From: the human T2T-CHM13v2.0 reference genome, Homo sapiens
Length of the DNA: 64,000 bases
Direction: 5' to 3' (one strand)
Assembly (NCBI RefSeq): GCF_009914755.1
Contig: NC_060942.1
Shown: positions 60,380-64,000 of the stretch, one piece after another
How the letters are laid out: each line of letters opens with the position of its first letter
Numbering within the stretch: the stretch's first letter is position 1
Translations under genes and position numbers: made by a program
Notes under the pieces: generated by a model
Databases searched by the model: none
Seen by the model: the letters and a program-made list of their open reading frames with translations, nothing else
What the model was told of the DNA's origin: nothing

Positions 60380-61790
60380 ACTGTGCGGGAGCCACTTCCC
60401 CAAACAGTCCCCGTTCTGCAAGGGCCCCGGCGTTGCTGCCCCCGAGACCCGGGTGCCTGCCCCGGCGGTGCGGGTCGCGGGCCTCCGCTCTCGCCGTCCT
60501 CCCTCAGTCCCGGGCCTCCTGCATCGCGGTCGCCAGGCGCAGGCTCAGCGCGGCTGACAGCGCTCCAGCTCCCGCGCTCGCGGCCGCCTCAGGCAGCCGA
60601 CCGGGTTGGGGCGGCCCCGCGCTCGGCCCGGGAGCCGATCCCCTGTGAGGGCTCCTCCATCTCCTCCCACCCCGTGACCTGCTCGACGCGCAACAGCCCG
60701 AGTTGTCTTTAACTTGCTGCGGCAGCCTCTTTGTCCCGACCCAGGGTCGGGGGCACCTCTCGGCCTGGCCCGGCCCTGCCCGTAGCCGTGTGAGCGGGGG
60801 CCGGGACTGGGCGGTCGGTCCGGGAGGGGCGCCGCGCCCGACCCCGGAGTCCCGAGCCCGAGGGGAGCGTCGCGGCCCCGCGGTGGGCTCGCCGCAGCGG
60901 AGGGGGCGCGCATCCGGGTGAGCGCCGGCGCCCCCGCCTCCCCCGCGCAGCCGCACGGGCCGCCGCCGCCGCTGCCGCCGAGCACGCAGCGCAGGGAGGA
61001 CCGCGCCCGAGCGGCCTGCGGGGCGCCCCTGCGGCCCGGGCCCGCCGCGCGGAGCAGCCCCAAGTGAGCGGCAGCGGCGGCGGCGGCGGCATGCGGGGCG
61101 GCCCGGAGTAGCGCGCCGAGCCCGCGAGGCCGGGCGCGGAGGCGGGGGCGGGCGCGGCGGAGGCGGGGCCCGGGCCGGACCCGCCCGCCCGCCGGGGGAG
61201 CCGCCGGCAGTGGCCGAGGAGGCGGCGCGGCGGACGGCGGCCCGAGAGTAGCGCCCGCGCTGCGGCCCGCGGGACCGCGCCGCGACCGCCCGGGCCGGCC
61301 CGGAGGAGCGCCTGCCGCCGCCGCCGCCGCCGCGCGCCTAGCGAGGTGAGTGTTCGCCCGCGGCCGGGCAGTCCCGGAGCCGCAGCGGCTCGCGCGGGTC
61401 GGAGGTGGAGAAAGAGGCCCCGCCGCGGCCGCGTCCCCGGTCCCTTTGTGGCCGGCGCTGCCTGGGGCCGGGGCGCGGGCACGCTCGGCGCGGGTTCGGG
61501 TCTGGGACCCCGGTGCCGTTGGACACGCGGCGTCTCCGGTTGGCAGCTTTGGCGAGCAGCGAGTTTCCGTCCTAGTTTGACATTGAGTTAGAACCGTTTT
61601 TCTTTAGAAGACGGAAGTTTGTTTTATTGACAAAAATAAAGCTAAATATGGCTTCTGGGTTCGGCCGTGTGGTACTTGCAACCGCGGTGCCAGCCTGACC
61701 CTCGCGGCGCCACGGGGGAGGGGAAGACACGCCGGCAGCGGGGGAGGGGGCTTCCCGGCCCGCTGCCCCCGAGGAGGACCCGGACCTGAA
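60380..61790. promoter_or_regulatory. CpG island promoter with GC boxes
   Basis: Very high GC and CpG density against CpG-depleted flanks; GGGCGG/GGCGGG clusters at ~61140-61195; repeat-free. Confidence 0.93.
61070..61345 (+). other. Probable non-coding first exon of an unidentified plus-strand gene (5' end uncertain)
   Basis: Consensus donor GAG|GTGAGT at 61345/61346 inside the CpG island; GCC tracts typical of 5'UTRs; no long ATG-initiated ORF. Confidence 0.55.
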
Positions 61791-62194
61791 TTAGCAAATG
61801 TTTGTGGTTGGGAAGTAGCGGGCTTTAGGTAATGTAGTAGCTTTTCCGCTTTTCCTGGAAGAATGAATGAATGAGATGTCATTTACTCATCCATAATCAA
61901 TACGTTGCCCATTTAAGCATTTACCAGGAATTGGGATGATTTGCATTGTCATTGCTTCTCTTATCTGGTCAGCCTTGCTAGATGAGGTTCCCTTACTCCC
62001 CAGATTTGTGACCTTGTCCTCATTCTCAAAGCCACTGAGCTAACCAACCCGTCTACCAAACTCACTTGGCATTTTTTTGGTCAAGTGGGCAATAGGCAAA
62101 GTAGTCTTTCTGAACTGTTTCTGGAGGGCAGAGAATGTCACTTTGATCATATCTTATGTTTAATACATTGCTTTATAATCGTGTCAAGAACGCT

Positions 62195-62320
62195 GAGAGT
62201 TAGGAGGTCTTGTCATTTCACAGATGAAATAGTGAAGGCCCTAAGAAGTTGCAACTTTTCAGGTCACAATCTGAGCAGCAGAGTTGGGATTCAAACCTAG
62301 ACCTTGTTAGTCCAGTCCTC
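62195..62320 (-). mobile_element. MIR
   Basis: catttcacagatgaaatagtgaaggccc...aggtcaca...gggattcaaacctag. Confidence 0.7.
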
Positions 62321-62343
62321 TTTACATCACATCTGTGTCCAGA

Positions 62344-62486
62344 CCTGGACTGTCCAGCGTGGGAGCCACTAACCACATGTGACTATTAAAATTAAATTTT
62401 AAAAATTCAGCTCCTCGGTCACAGTAGCCACATTTCAAGTGTTCCATAGCTAAATGTGGTTCTTTGCTACAGTTGAACAGCCCTGG
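62344..62486. mobile_element. MER3-like hAT-Charlie relic
   Basis: ctgtcca...agccactaaccacatgtgactatt...tagccacatttcaagtg...tgaacag. Confidence 0.65.
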
Positions 62487-62659
62487 TCTAAATTATACAT
62501 ACATTTGTTGTGTCAGTAAATATTTACTGAATGCGATCTGTCTATGAGGCACAGTTTTAAGTTCTGGGTACATGGTGAATAAGGGAGACACAATGTCCTT
62601 GCCCTATTGGAATTGACATTTTACATGATCCTTTGAGGATGTTTCCATGGTACTCCGAG

Positions 62660-62818
62660 TCCTGCTATTCCAAGTGTGGATGGTGTACCAGCAGCATCCC
62701 TGTCACCTCAGACTCAAGTAATGCAGAATGTGAAGCCCCGCTGCACATCAACTGAATCAGTATCTGCTTTACCAGGATTTCAAGTTATTTGTGTGCACTT
62801 TGAAACCTGAGAAGCCTT
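62660..62818. mobile_element. MER5A relic
   Basis: accagcagcatc...aatgcagaat...actgaatcag. Confidence 0.6.
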
Positions 62819-62929
62819 TGTTCAGCGTGCTGGTGATAACTGCGTTTAATGACTGCTCTGCTGGTTTGTTTGGTGCCTCTTAAGCAGCAGACTGCAAAAC
62901 TCTTGGGAGCACTCACCATTTATGCAAAT

Positions 62930-63082
62930 ACTTGTTAAATGCCTGGCTTTCTCAATAGAGTTTAAGCTTTATGAGAGCAGAGATTGTGGCTTCCTTTTCC
63001 AGCCATGTATCACTGAAGACTTTACAGTGCCTGGTAAGCAATAAGCACTTGGTATAAATGCTTGTTGGATAAACGAATGAGT
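62930..63082 (+). mobile_element. L2 3' end
   Basis: acagtgcctggtaagcaataagcacttggtataaatgcttgttggataaacgaatga. Confidence 0.65.
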
Positions 63083-63107
63083 GTGCTAGGATACTTAAGC
63101 GTGGTTG

Positions 63108-63205
63108 TTAGCTGGGTGTGGTGGCATGCGTCTGTAGTCCTAGCTATTCCAGAGTGACAGCGCGAGACCCTGTCTCAAAAAACTGAAAACCCAACAACAA
63201 CAAAA
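63108..63205 (+). mobile_element. Internally deleted Alu right monomer
   Basis: ttagctgggtgtggtggc...tagctattcc joined to agagtgacagcgcgagaccctgtctc. Confidence 0.7.
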
Positions 63206-63429
63206 CTGATTGTTAATCCCAAGCAGTTACAGGCAAGGTAATTCTCATGACATCAGGTGAGAGAGCATGGGACCAGAGTCAAAATGAAGATAGATCTGTT
63301 TGTAACTTTCAGTGGGACGCTCCAGCTACTCTGACTGGAGTTTTGCTCCTGGCTCACTTGCATGCCCTATCCCTCTTTTAACTAATATAATAATAATTTT
63401 GAATCTGAATCACACATTAGTGCTTCATA

Positions 63430-63690
63430 TAGTTTTTAAAAAATTTTGTATTTTTTTAGGTAGCTAAATTCCAGACATTATTTGGATTTCACCAGTTTTT
63501 CCGTTAATATCTTCTTTCTGTTCCAGAATCCAGTCCAGTGTACTACATTGTATTTTGACATCATGTTTCTTTAATATTTGGTTTGTGATAGTTTCTGTCT
63601 TGTCTGGTTTTCCATAACTTTGGTAGTTTTGAGGAATACTGTCCTGGCTTTCTTTGATGGACAGCTTTCCATACTCATTCTCATGAAAGG
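63430..63690 (-). mobile_element. L1MC-like 3' fragment
   Basis: ccagacattatttggatttcaccagtttttcc...gaggaatactg. Confidence 0.6.
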
Positions 63691-64000
63691 TCACAATCAG
63701 GTTGACGCTGTTTCTGCTTTTACTTATTTATTTATGTAATACATCTGTCATGCTTATGTAACATACAACTTTGGTACTTTTTTTTCAGTAACAGATTTCT
63801 TGGATACAGTTCCTAATTGGTTGAGATGCAGAAGAGTGTTATACCATTGCAGTTATATACCAAGTTTTATTTTTTGATGGGTTAAGAGCTGGGCTGAGGT
63901 AGAGGAGGAAGGAAAGAGGAGAGATCAGTTAAAAGAGGCAGTTAGGCAAAGAGGGACCAAGGCAAAGGGAGTGACAGATAATGGAGGAAGAGGAGTGCGG

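Noticed and set aside
61070-61345. Naming the downstream gene
   Set aside because: No coding sequence lies in the window, so identity needs a database search.
60248-61882. Long Pro/Ala/Arg/Gly-rich ORFs (up to 257 aa) on both strands of the CpG island
   Set aside because: Stop-codon scarcity in GC-rich DNA; mostly non-ATG starts, low complexity and no recognisable domain.

Overview
Primate (human-like) genomic DNA, mostly intergenic and dominated by interspersed repeats: about 30 Alu/FLAM/FAM copies, several old fragmented L1s (one near full-length at ~6.5-15.5 kb), MaLR and ERV1 solo LTRs including a HERV-E LTR2, MIR/L2/CR1 relics, hAT/Tigger DNA-transposon relics and microsatellites. I see no credible protein-coding exon: the listed ORFs are Alu/L1-derived or chance GC-rich frames. 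The window ends in a strong CpG island (~60.38-61.79 kb) with GC boxes, CGG/GCC tracts and a consensus splice donor (AG|GTGAGT at 61345/61346). This is probably a non-coding first exon of a plus-strand gene that I cannot name from sequence alone. I find no convincing new biological system. The best signals are local rearrangement scars: (i) a ~0.8-kb inverted duplication (2300-3115 / 5386-6133) around a 2.3-kb spacer holding a perfect RFX X-box, with informative junctions; (ii) a perfect 32-bp templated insertion copied from an L1/MST junction 1.6 kb away; (iii) an older junction-spanning duplication; (iv) a tail-less trimeric Alu within one 16-bp TSD, later hit by LTR2; (v) an orphan insert in an L1. 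Repeat subfamily names come from recalled consensus motifs. Boundaries are approximate unless a TSD is cited.
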